Position numbers and translations under genes: made by a program
Notes under the pieces: model-generated
Database searches by the model: none
Told to the model about the DNA's origin: nothing
The model's input: only the letters and a program-made list of their open reading frames with translations
Part shown: positions 63,895-64,000 of the stretch, in pieces
Layout: each line of letters starts with the position of its first letter
Numbering within the stretch: position 1 is the stretch's first letter
Source: Chiloscyllium plagiosum
Taxonomy: Eukaryota
Assembly (NCBI RefSeq): GCF_004010195.1
Contig: NC_057719.1
Coordinates: forward strand, 29,426,822-29,490,821
DNA length: 64,000 nucleotides
Reading direction: 5' to 3'

Positions 63895-64000
63895 AAAAGC
63901 CTGATAGAGTCTTTTGGAAACTGATTTAAGTGACAATCAATTGGATGTATGACAAAAAGTTCTGGAATAAATTCTCTTCCTCATATCTGCAACAATACAA

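Overview
Vertebrate genomic DNA, almost certainly an elasmobranch (shark): it carries HE1-type V-SINEs and HER1/CR1-type LINEs. Two spliced genes lie tail-to-tail. On the + strand are the last five coding exons of DHRS7 (954-43376). On the - strand are the last five coding exons of PCNX4/pecanex-4 (63029-52658). All ten exons have GT/AG boundaries in consistent phase. Most of the rest is decayed, nested transposable element: two Gmr1-like LTR retrotransposons (SCAN-like gag, inverted PR-INT-RT-RH order), a canonical Gypsy, CR1, L1/Tx1 and Rex1/Babar LINEs, solo LTRs including one with ERV-like ends, and a Tigger-like MITE. The most notable structure is at least eight Penelope-like (PLE) insertions. 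Several carry minimal type I hammerhead ribozyme cores, several form fold-back hairpins, and most share a 3' end and have ~13-15 bp target-site duplications (TSDs). A 361-nt N gap (45820-46180) lies inside one PLE insertion. Family names come from motifs recognised by eye; no database search was run.
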